Shown: positions 41,451-50,302 of the stretch, in pieces
How positions within the stretch are numbered: position 1 is the stretch's first letter
Layout of the letters: each line of letters starts with the position of its first letter
NCBI GenBank assembly: GCA_005222975.1
Contig: NJBI01000005.1
Coordinates: 63,447-127,446 of the forward strand
Reading direction: 5' to 3'
From: Promethearchaeota archaeon Loki_b31
Lineage (GTDB): Archaea; Asgardarchaeota; Lokiarchaeia; Sigyniarchaeales; SOKP01
DNA: 64,000 nucleotides
Position numbers and translations under genes: made by a program
The notes under the pieces: generated by a model
Told to the model about the DNA's origin: nothing
The model's input: the letters and a program-made list of their open reading frames with translations, nothing else
Database searches by the model: none

Positions 41451-41831
41451 TTAAAATTTAAAACCACAAATAGTGCAAAATTTAATGTGAAAAGGGAGAC
41501 TCCTGCGACCAAGACCTAATAAGAAGGTCAGAAATAAAATAGGGGGAGTATTAGATGAGTGCTTTACGCACTACCAAAAGACAAAAATCCAGGGCGGTGC
41601 AGGAGTCATGGTTATATTTCCCTATTTTATTTTTTTTATTTAATTCACATTACTTAAATTTAAATTCAAAAGTGTTGTCTTACTTATGTCTTTCTTTACC
41701 ATAAATAATAATTTTCTGTTATTTAAATCTTTTCTCTTATTTAGTTTTTTAAGTTATTAGATGTAAAGATTTTAGTGTAAGATTATATATAATATAGAAT
41801 TTTAAAATTTAAAACCACAATTAGTGCAAAA
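41451..41831. repeat. 30-bp direct repeat pair (41451-41480 and 41802-41831, 29/30 identical) duplicating the 3' end of the zinc-ribbon gene
   Basis: ttaaaatttaaaaccacaa(a/t)tagtgcaaaa at both positions. Confidence 0.85.
41483..41652. ncRNA. Candidate structured RNA or miniature element with nested and alternative stems
   Basis: TAATGTGAA/TTCACATTA ends; GACTCCTGC(G)ACC 41498-41510 with GGTGCAGGAGTC 41596-41607; AAATAAAATAGGG 41532-44 with CCCTATTTTATTT 41620-32; small hairpins GACCT/AGGTC and AGTGC/GCACT. Confidence 0.45.
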
Positions 41832-42487
41832 GCTCGCATCTGCTTGTAGAATTTTATATCCACATTCAGGGCAATAATTTTGGCTTCCCATCGTTTTTGA
41901 TACTGGGATATATTCCTTAATAGTATCCATTTTAGGTGGAACAATATCCTCTTTTCGTTTTGAATAATATCGAAATACCCCGACTCCTATAAATGATAAA
42001 GCGGCACTTATAAAAGGTAAAAAAATACCTAAGCCTGGTTGAAATAAGTCCCAAAAATGATAACCTGCCGGAAATATGGTACCTTTTATTGTTAATCCAT
42101 CATAAAATGCGATGTCCATAGCAATAATGTAATATATCATTATGCCAATCGATAAAACAGCGCTAATAATTGGTATTAATTCAAAATTCTTTGTATTTAA
42201 GTTTCTCCTTCTGGTTCTAATAGAAAGTATCAATAAATTAACCGCACTAAATAGTACAGCGCTAGTAGTAATTATCGAAGGTATAATAAAATCGACCTCA
42301 GAAACGAATAAACTAACGGAACTATAACCAACTATACGCATCGTCGTAAAATTCCACATCCACCAATCCCAAGTTACACCCACTAAACTAAAATAAGCTG
42401 TTGGAACAAAATTGCGATTATTGCAGAAAAACCAGCATTTAACGGAATTACCCAAATATAATCTCTTATCTCTGTCTTTTTATACAT
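41802..42487 (-). pseudogene. Membrane protein with C-terminal zinc ribbon, frameshifted near 42408
   Basis: ATG 42487 gives MYKKTEIRDYIWVIPLNAGFSAIIAIL, which must shift frame to join VPTAYF...; C-terminus CPECG...FCTNCG. Confidence 0.65.
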
Positions 42488-42632
42488 TTTTATTATATAA
42501 TATTGCTTTATTTATATTTAAATACTACAGAAAAATATACGGAAAAGAATAGTTCAAAAAAATCAGTTGCTTATATCGAAATCTAATATCGAGTCTAAAA
42601 TATTCTCAGAAAAAGTAAGAAATAAAAAAGTT

Positions 42633-44354
42633 TTATATTCCGTTAATAATCTTTTCTTTAGGAGCGTACGCGTCTTGTACCGCGTAGTTGTTAAAATTAA
42701 TGCTGTAGTGGTCCCGCCAGGATGCTATCACATCTTCCATCATATCTTCGTGAATATTTTCCTTAATTTTCCCTTCAGCGCGAATTAATGTTCCCATTGG
42801 CGCCGCCATGATTTCACCATTTTTCACTACTATTTGACCCTCCTTTATCGTATACGCTGCGCGCGAAAACGCCTTCTCTATTGTTTTACCGTCCATCTTG
42901 CTCGGATCTAACTTATAAACAGCCACATCACCGATAGCTCCAACGCCAAGATGACCTCGATCTTTTAGTCCCAAAGTTTTTGCGTTTCCTGCTCTTGTAA
43001 CAATGCACAACTCACTTAGAGTATATTCTCGGTCTAAATCTGGAAGTGTTGACGCTGTACTTGCTTTCTTTGAAACCACATTCTCTAGCATATCCTTCCG
43101 GGATTTGCGATCCATTAACCACTTGAATACAATCGGATAGGTTGTAAATGGCGCTCCGTTGGGATGGTCTGTCGTGTGGCTAATCTGCCAAGGATCTTTG
43201 ATTAAGAGCATCAATTCGAGACCGATCGCCCACTGAACGGCGTTTACACCTGTCTTCGGAGAAAAGAAATAGGGTACTACTCCCGATCCTGACTCCCCTT
43301 CGATTTGACCGTTTACCCATTTCATTCCTGGTTTTGCGCCCCAAGGACTCGTCCCTCCAAGGTGATGCAGAGCGTGTTCCCACGGACCGTCTCCAGTCAT
43401 CGTTGTAGTAGCGTATTTTGTAAAAACAACTTGACCGCTATCCAGAGACACATGTTTATGGGAATTAACATATTCTGCTATCTGAGATGCACCTGATTCG
43501 AAATTTCCCCAATTTGTGCCGGCGTAAGCGTTGAATTGGCAATGGGTTATATGAAGCGATCGCTCTCTCTCACCATAAGGTTCAATACCTTCACATATTT
43601 TAAGAGTCTCTATTGTATGCTCGTAATTTCCAGGGTGACCTAAGTTATTACAATGAACGTGAATTGAATGCGGTAATTCTAATAATTCATTTGCTTTTGC
43701 TAAACTTTCGACAATTTGTCTGGGGGTGACATCCCAATGCAAGACGGGTGAATCCACACTATCGCAATTCTTGCCCCATGCCCAGTTTTCCACGCCTCCT
43801 GGGTTCACGATTTTAATCGCATAACCTTTTGTAGTTTTTAAAATCCAATTTACGTAAGCCGCTAATTTCTCGATATCGTTCTCCCTTACAAATTTGAGGA
43901 CATACCAGTTATTTCCAAAGATAGGCATCGCTAATTTATCGATAATAGGAAGCTCTAGAAACTCTTCGTGAGTATGTCGAGCCTCCAATAATGGCATAGC
44001 AGGTTCACATACGGTCGTATATCCTAACGTAGCGTATCTATAACCAGTAGCCCATGTGCTTGGTACGCTAAATCCAGTACCAGATCGCCTTATTTTAGTT
44101 TTTTTCTCGTTACTTTCTGGCACTTTATCTTCCGGTCGTAAAGTTCGTCCGACATTTACTTTTGCCCCGGCGATGTGTGAATGAATATCAACTCCTCCTG
44201 GCATAATTATCATGCCCTTGGCATCGATAACTTTTGCGTCTCCATTAACCTTATTAACAACCACGCCATCTTTAACGTAGATATCCTTCTTTTCGCCGTT
44301 GATGTTGTTCAAAGGGTCGTAAACTAAGCCATTTTTTATTACTAGATCGCTCAT
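42633..44354 (-). CDS. fwdA: Formylmethanofuran dehydrogenase subunit A (amidohydrolase)
   Basis: GGVDIHSHIAG.KVN.GR, KIVNPGG, HVHCNNLG.PGN, TTDHPNG. Confidence 0.95.
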   Translation of the reverse strand: MSDLVIKNGLVYDPLNNINGEKKDIYVKDGVVVNKVNGDAKVIDAKGMIIMPGGVDIHSHIAGAKVNVGRTLRPEDKVPESNEKKTKIRRSGTGFSVPSTWATGYRYATLGYTTVCEPAMPLLEARHTHEEFLELPIIDKLAMPIFGNNWYVLKFVRENDIEKLAAYVNWILKTTKGYAIKIVNPGGVENWAWGKNCDSVDSPVLHWDVTPRQIVESLAKANELLELPHSIHVHCNNLGHPGNYEHTIETLKICEGIEPYGERERSLHITHCQFNAYAGTNWGNFESGASQIAEYVNSHKHVSLDSGQVVFTKYATTTMTGDGPWEHALHHLGGTSPWGAKPGMKWVNGQIEGESGSGVVPYFFSPKTGVNAVQWAIGLELMLLIKDPWQISHTTDHPNGAPFTTYPIVFKWLMDRKSRKDMLENVVSKKASTASTLPDLDREYTLSELCIVTRAGNAKTLGLKDRGHLGVGAIGDVAVYKLDPSKMDGKTIEKAFSRAAYTIKEGQIVVKNGEIMAAPMGTLIRAEGKIKENIHEDMMEDVIASWRDHYSINFNNYAVQDAYAPKEKIINGI

Positions 44355-44776
44355 CGTAAATTTCCTTAGTTATAAGTTTAGTTTTGATTAATCTTAAATT
44401 GACAAATAAATTTGAAATTGTACTATTAGTATTAAAAATCTATTATTTTTATAAAGATTTATTATTTAATCTAAGTTAATATGAGAATTGGATTATCAGT
44501 ATTAAAAGATCGTTTTAATAAAAAATTAAGATGTGAATTTTGAATTCATAAGCCAAAAATTAGGATGCATCTATGTTTTTTAATAAATGGAAATAGAATT
44601 GAATAAAAAAATTAAAAATTAGCATATGTAAAATTCCAATTAATCATCTTAAAACTTAAAAACTGGACTAAAAAGTCTTCAACAAACTAAATTTTTATAA
44701 GAGTGAAAAAATATATCTATAAATTAATTAACTTCTTTTATAAAAAAAATAAAAAATAACTTTTAGGTGAAAAAAT

Positions 44777-45292
44777 TTGGCATTAGGTAAAATTTTTTTA
44801 ATATTAGGAGCGCTCCTTAGTATACTTGGTACGTATGTTTTTGCTATTTATGAACTTACGGGTGATGTAGGTTCTGGTGTAGGATTCATTCTGAATACAA
44901 TTGGAGGGGGTCTGAAGGATCCTACGTTATTTGCAGGTGCAAGTACATATGCTAGTACCTTAGGTATCGAAGTTTGGCTTTTTTACATCCTTTTGGGCGT
45001 ATTTCTGATCTTTCTTGCTGCTGGAGCACTCCAATTAATTGGGATGAAATCTAGAGTTGCTGGCTTGATCTTCTCCCTCTTCCCATTGGGTGTTGGATTA
45101 ATGTTTATTTTCTTGACCTACTCAGACTTCTTGGGCATAAAATCTGTTTTTTTCGAATCCTTCTTTCTTGGTGAACAATACGGAAATGTTTTCCCCGTTC
45201 TTATAGATCTTGGAGGCCTCGCTTTAGGAGCCTATTTACTCGTTGGTGGAGGCGCTTTCGGCTTAATCAGTACATTTCTTCCACGAGATTAA
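44777..45292 (+). CDS. Hypothetical membrane protein
   Basis: 171 aa, 4 hydrophobic segments; TTG start with AGGTGA upstream. Confidence 0.7.
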   Translation: MALGKIFLILGALLSILGTYVFAIYELTGDVGSGVGFILNTIGGGLKDPTLFAGASTYASTLGIEVWLFYILLGVFLIFLAAGALQLIGMKSRVAGLIFSLFPLGVGLMFIFLTYSDFLGIKSVFFESFFLGEQYGNVFPVLIDLGGLALGAYLLVGGGAFGLISTFLPRD

Positions 45293-45329
45293 TTAAATTT
45301 TAAAATATTTCTTTTTTATTTTATTCTAT

Positions 45330-46001
45330 TTATAGATTCTTGTCAGAGACAGATTCTAACGTTTTGATATCTCCTGGTTTATTAATATTTTTAAAAGATA
45401 ATAGATTTGGGTCGAAATTTTTGATATTCTGTTCAATTGAGACATATTTAACTGTCCAATCTTCACCGATTATTTTCGTTAATTTGTATTGTTTCTGCTT
45501 TAAATTTCTTAACGAGGTTTTATAAGCTTTTTCGACGGGATAAATAGCAAATAAAGGCTCTCTAAAACCATTATTCCATTTGGGCATATAGCAATCATAT
45601 TGACCACATTCCTTTATCATATAATCAACAACCTCATAGCTAAAAAGGGGATTATCGCAAGAAAATACAAAAACTTTTTGATATGTGAGTTTTTTTAATT
45701 CTTTAAATGTTGAATATAAACCTAGAATAGGCGAACGTACATTTTGGTCTAAAATTATATCCTTATCATCTGAAATGAAAGCCATTATTTTAGTTATATC
45801 AATTTCATTTATGTAATTTTGAATTTGATGTTGAGAATTAGCTACAAGAAAAATATCGTGATTAAAACGAGATAATGTTTCTAACTGATACGAGATAAGA
45901 GGTTTACCTTTAAATTTAAAAAGTCCTTTATCAGTCCCGAATCGAGTGCTTTTTCCACCAATAAGAATTGAAAAAGCAAGGTATTTATTTTTTTCGCTAA
46001 T
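45330..46001 (-). CDS. mobA: Molybdenum cofactor guanylyltransferase
   Basis: Frame extends 72 codons upstream of the ORF-track ATG to include ILIGGKSTRFGTDK; bounded by in-frame TAG, first plausible start ATT at 46001; SCDNP, EPLFAIY, NINKPGD. Confidence 0.85.
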   Translation of the reverse strand: MSEKNKYLAFSILIGGKSTRFGTDKGLFKFKGKPLISYQLETLSRFNHDIFLVANSQHQIQNYINEIDITKIMAFISDDKDIILDQNVRSPILGLYSTFKELKKLTYQKVFVFSCDNPLFSYEVVDYMIKECGQYDCYMPKWNNGFREPLFAIYPVEKAYKTSLRNLKQKQYKLTKIIGEDWTVKYVSIEQNIKNFDPNLLSFKNINKPGDIKTLESVSDKNL

Positions 46002-46127
46002 TTCCTAACAACTTTCTCTTAAATTAATTAATAATCTATTAAACCAATTATTAAAAATTATAAATCATTTAAATTAGTTGTAGTTATAGTAGATTTTAAA
46101 AATCTTTTTCTTCACTAAAGTAATATT

Positions 46128-47651
46128 ATGGCTCCAAGGCATAAAACCAGTCTTAAGAGAGATAAACCTTTAGAACACTGTGCGGTTTTTGGTATAGCTT
46201 GCAACGATATTGCCTACTCTGTTTCTAAATTATTATATAGCGGTTTAATTTCTCAGCAACATCGCGGTCAAGAATCTACGGGAATTTCTATTCTTAAAAC
46301 GGGCGGAAGAATTTTTACTTACAAGAAAAAAGGATTAGTTTCCAATGTGTTAAACGATAAAGTTTTGTCCAAGTTCTGGGGCAATGTCGGAATTGGGCAT
46401 AATAGGTACGCTACAACCGGAGCTCAAGAGTTTGAATCTCCTGATTACATGCAACCTTTTCACTTTAAAAGCAATGAAATCGAATTCTCCTTAGCCTTTA
46501 ATGGAACTATACCTAATTACGCAGAGATAAAACAAAACTTAGAAGACAAAGGAAGAATTTTTGTCACAAATACAGATACTGAAGTAATAGCCCAATTGAT
46601 AGCATCTATTGCTTTAAGGACTGAAGGTTGGCCCAACATTATGAAGACTGCAAGTAGTTCTTTAGATGGGTCTTATTCGCTTTTAATATTAACAGCTGAA
46701 GGAGATATTTACGCTATTAGGGATCCCTTGGGATTTAAACCCTTATGTATAGGAGAATTAAAAACTGAAGAAAGACACCATTACATTGTTTCCTCTGAAT
46801 CTTGTGGTATTGATGTTTTAGGTGGAAAACTTATTAGAGATGTAGAGCCCGGAGAAATCGTTCATTTGAGCCATCAAAAAGGCATACATTCAGAAATGGT
46901 GTTGAAAAGTGAAAGAACAGCTCTATGTCAGTTTGAATTCGTATATTTCGCTCGCCCTGATTCAATTATTGATGGAATTTCCATTGCTCAGACAAGGTTG
47001 CAATTAGGGATAAATTTGGCTAAAAATGATCCCTTATTGAATGACCCTAAATTTAAAGAAAGCGCAATCGTAGTTCCAGTACCTGATTCGGGGAGAAGTG
47101 TTGCTGTAGGTTACGCGCAAGAAGCGAAATTACCTTATGTAGAAGGATTGATGAAGAATCGATATGTGTGGCGCACTTTCATAATGCCTGGACAAAAAAA
47201 TAGGGAAGCGGCTGTAAAAGAAAAATTAAATCCAATTAAATCTTTTGTCAAGGGTAAGAACGTAATCATACTGGATGATTCGATCGTAAGAGGAACAACT
47301 ACAGAAAAGATTATTAACTTGATTAGAGAAGCTGGTGCGTTATCTGTTAATGTAAGAATTAGCTGTCCTCCTGTAATAAGACCATGTTACATGGGTATTG
47401 ACTTTCCTACAACCTCAGAATTAATTGCAGGACGCTTCAAAAATCTTTATGGAGAGGAAAACTATATCGAAGAGATTAGAAAGAAAATAGGTGCTGATTC
47501 TCTACGATATCAAATTACTGATGATCTTGTTAGTGCGATCGGAAAAAGTAAAAACCAGTTGTGTATGGCGTGTCTAACGGGGGAATATCCACTAAAATCT
47601 GTAAATAAAATAATAGAAATGGAAAGAGCTATATCATCAGATAGATATTAG
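46128..47651 (+). CDS. purF: Amidophosphoribosyltransferase (propeptide + catalytic Cys type)
   Basis: EH^CAVFG, QHRGQES, GHNRYAT, DDSIVRGTT, Fe-S cysteines. Confidence 0.94.
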   Translation: MAPRHKTSLKRDKPLEHCAVFGIACNDIAYSVSKLLYSGLISQQHRGQESTGISILKTGGRIFTYKKKGLVSNVLNDKVLSKFWGNVGIGHNRYATTGAQEFESPDYMQPFHFKSNEIEFSLAFNGTIPNYAEIKQNLEDKGRIFVTNTDTEVIAQLIASIALRTEGWPNIMKTASSSLDGSYSLLILTAEGDIYAIRDPLGFKPLCIGELKTEERHHYIVSSESCGIDVLGGKLIRDVEPGEIVHLSHQKGIHSEMVLKSERTALCQFEFVYFARPDSIIDGISIAQTRLQLGINLAKNDPLLNDPKFKESAIVVPVPDSGRSVAVGYAQEAKLPYVEGLMKNRYVWRTFIMPGQKNREAAVKEKLNPIKSFVKGKNVIILDDSIVRGTTTEKIINLIREAGALSVNVRISCPPVIRPCYMGIDFPTTSELIAGRFKNLYGEENYIEEIRKKIGADSLRYQITDDLVSAIGKSKNQLCMACLTGEYPLKSVNKIIEMERAISSDRY

Positions 47652-47667
47652 TATTTTTTTAAAATTC

Positions 47668-49065
47668 CTATTCTATACCATCCCAACAATAGGTACATAG
47701 TTTTTCTTTAGGTAATCCAATAGCTTTAACTAGGTTTTCTAGCCTCTGATATTTTAATGTCGTTAAATGCAACTTTTCGCGTATAACATTAACCATTGCT
47801 TTATAATTATCAGACTCAGGATTGGTATACTCCACGGGATTTTCGAGATCTTCTCCAATTAATTCTTTAATGGCCCATCTTCCTGCTAAATCTAGCTCAG
47901 AACGAGATCGAGAGAAGTTTAAAAATTTACATCCGTAAACAAGTGGAGGACAAGCAGGTCTCATGTGTACTTCTTTTGCTCCTGATTCAAACAACCTCTC
48001 AACTTGCCTTCTCAATTGAGTGCCTCTCACGATTGAGTCCTCGCAAAAAAGAAGACGTTTACCCACGATAAGTTCTTTAATCGGTATAAGTTTCATCTTT
48101 GCGACTGTATCTCTAATGGATTGTTCTTGAGGCATGAAACTTCGAGGCCATGTTGGTGTATACTTTACAAAGGGTCGGGCATAAGGAATTTGTGCTTCGT
48201 TAGCATAACCTAATCCATGAGCTGTACCAGAATCTGGGATCCCTGCTACGAGATCAATTTCCAGATCATCCTCTCTTCGTAGATAAGCACCACATTTATA
48301 CCGAACAGATTCAACATTTATTCCCTCATAACTAGAAGCAGGATATCCATAATAGACCCATAAGAAAGAACAGATTTGCAATCTACTACCCGGTGCAACC
48401 TTTTGTTCGAGACCCTTTTCACCTAGAAAAACGATTTCTCCAGGTCCTAGATATTTTATTATTTTATAATCAAGATTTGGGAATGCACAAGTTTCCATTG
48501 CAACAGCATAAGAACCGGGCTTTTCACCTATAACGAGAGGCGTTCTACCTAATGAATCGCGTGCAGCGAATATCCCTTCATCAGTTAAGATAAGAATGGT
48601 ACACGAACCATCGATCATATCTTGAACCTTTTGAATACCTTCTTCAAATGTAGCAGCTTGGCTAATTATTGTTGCTACCATTTCCGTAGGGTTAATTTCT
48701 CCTCCATGCATTTCTGAGAAATGAGTTCCATTTTGTAAGGCTTCATTTGCGAGTTCTTCTATGTTATTAATTTTACCTACTGTTGAAAGGGCAAAAACAC
48801 CTAAACGCGAACTGATAATTAAAGGTTGATCTTCGTAGTCACTAATTACTCCGATACCTTTATTTCCATGCATTTTCTTGATATCCTTATCGAATTTAGA
48901 TCTAAATTGGCTCGTCGTTATATCCTTGATGAATCTTTGAAAACCACCAGAGTTTTTTACCGCCAAACCCCCTCTTTTGGTTCCTAAATGGGAATGATAG
49001 TCTGTACCATAAAAAAGATCATCAATACAATCTCTATTTGAAAAAACTCCGAATAATCCTCCCAT
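47668..49065 (-). CDS. purF: Amidophosphoribosyltransferase-like paralogue lacking the N-terminal catalytic Cys
   Basis: Starts MGGLFG; HLG for HRG; GIPDSG, EDSIVRGTQ, CTYCWDG. Confidence 0.85.
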   Translation of the reverse strand: MGGLFGVFSNRDCIDDLFYGTDYHSHLGTKRGGLAVKNSGGFQRFIKDITTSQFRSKFDKDIKKMHGNKGIGVISDYEDQPLIISSRLGVFALSTVGKINNIEELANEALQNGTHFSEMHGGEINPTEMVATIISQAATFEEGIQKVQDMIDGSCTILILTDEGIFAARDSLGRTPLVIGEKPGSYAVAMETCAFPNLDYKIIKYLGPGEIVFLGEKGLEQKVAPGSRLQICSFLWVYYGYPASSYEGINVESVRYKCGAYLRREDDLEIDLVAGIPDSGTAHGLGYANEAQIPYARPFVKYTPTWPRSFMPQEQSIRDTVAKMKLIPIKELIVGKRLLFCEDSIVRGTQLRRQVERLFESGAKEVHMRPACPPLVYGCKFLNFSRSRSELDLAGRWAIKELIGEDLENPVEYTNPESDNYKAMVNVIREKLHLTTLKYQRLENLVKAIGLPKEKLCTYCWDGIE

Positions 49066-49191
49066 TTTTTTAAATCACATCCACAATATATTTAATCTGA
49101 ATAAAATTTTTAAATAAAATTATTAATATGATATGACTTGACATTGAAGTCTTATTTCCTAAAAAGATGATAAGAAGTTAAGAATCATTTT

Positions 49192-50271
49192 TTAAGAAAT
49201 CGTTCCAGGAATGTTCTCTCTTTCAAATCTTGCCATAGTTATTGCATTACTAGGGCAAGTAACAGCGCATAATCCACAGCCTAAGCACTTATTTCTGTCT
49301 ATGTGAGCAACGCCATCTACAGTTATCGCATTAAATTTGCATCGTTCTAAACATGTCTCGCAGCCCGTACATTTTTCTTCATTTATAAGTGAGATATAAT
49401 TTGCTTTGGCGATAGCCCTAGGGTTGTCAAATCGAGTGATACCTTTTATCATTCCACAACAACATTCGCAACACGCACAGAGTATAGTGCAATTAGTTGC
49501 ATCGTTATCTGTAGCGTGAACTAATCCAATTTGTGCAGCCTCTTCAGTAAGTCTTCTTACATCCTCTTTAGTAGCTGCTTTTATATTTGGATCTCCCATT
49601 TCCAATACAGCTTTAGCGTTTGGTCCCAGCAAAATACAATTGTGAATGGGGTATTTATCTTTACACTCTCTAATCCCTTCAACTTCCGCTCTTTTTCGGC
49701 AAGGGCAAGGAACAACAGCAAAATCCGTCTTGGTTTCAATAATAATATAAACCTCTTCAATTGGAATTATCTGATGGCCAGGTTCAATTTTCTCGCTAAC
49801 GGTTAAGACTCGCATACGAGGTGTGCCATCCCTTTTATTTTCCCATGTCTTATAATACTTATCGTTGGTGTAAAACTCTCTACTTAATTGAGCAAACTTA
49901 ATAATTTCGTCTCTAGAATAATTTTCTTTTATAATAAAAGGCATGTCGTAAATAAACAAAGGCGTTGGTAAAGAGTAATAATTCCCTATTTTTATTAGAA
50001 ATCCTCTCTTACAGATTTCTGCAAGTTTGGCTGATATTTCAGCTTTTTCCACACCAATCTTTTTCGAAAGTTTTGATAATGTTGTAGATTTTGGAAAAAC
50101 TTCTAAATGGAGAATAATCTTAATTATTTCTGGATCGTACATTAAACTTAAATATTCAAGATACTTTTCGGTAGGCTCTCCATTCTCGTCCTTAGGAAAT
50201 GATTGAGCTTTATATATTAATTTTTTAGTAAACTCAATTAAATTTTCCCTATGTTCTTTTGAGGCAATCAT
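49192..50271 (-). CDS. 4Fe-4S dicluster protein with N-terminal helical domain
   Basis: PCPCR, LCACCECCCG, CTGCETCLERC, CLGCGLCAVTCP. Confidence 0.85.
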   Translation of the reverse strand: MIASKEHRENLIEFTKKLIYKAQSFPKDENGEPTEKYLEYLSLMYDPEIIKIILHLEVFPKSTTLSKLSKKIGVEKAEISAKLAEICKRGFLIKIGNYYSLPTPLFIYDMPFIIKENYSRDEIIKFAQLSREFYTNDKYYKTWENKRDGTPRMRVLTVSEKIEPGHQIIPIEEVYIIIETKTDFAVVPCPCRKRAEVEGIRECKDKYPIHNCILLGPNAKAVLEMGDPNIKAATKEDVRRLTEEAAQIGLVHATDNDATNCTILCACCECCCGMIKGITRFDNPRAIAKANYISLINEEKCTGCETCLERCKFNAITVDGVAHIDRNKCLGCGLCAVTCPSNAITMARFERENIPGTIS

Positions 50272-50302
50272 TTTATATTTATTTTTTTTTTATTAATAAG
50301 TA

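Noticed and set aside
41451-41609. 52-aa protein by readthrough of TAG 41571-73 into the duplicated FCTICGFKF end
   Set aside because: No homology cues and no pyl genes visible; frame continuity may be chance
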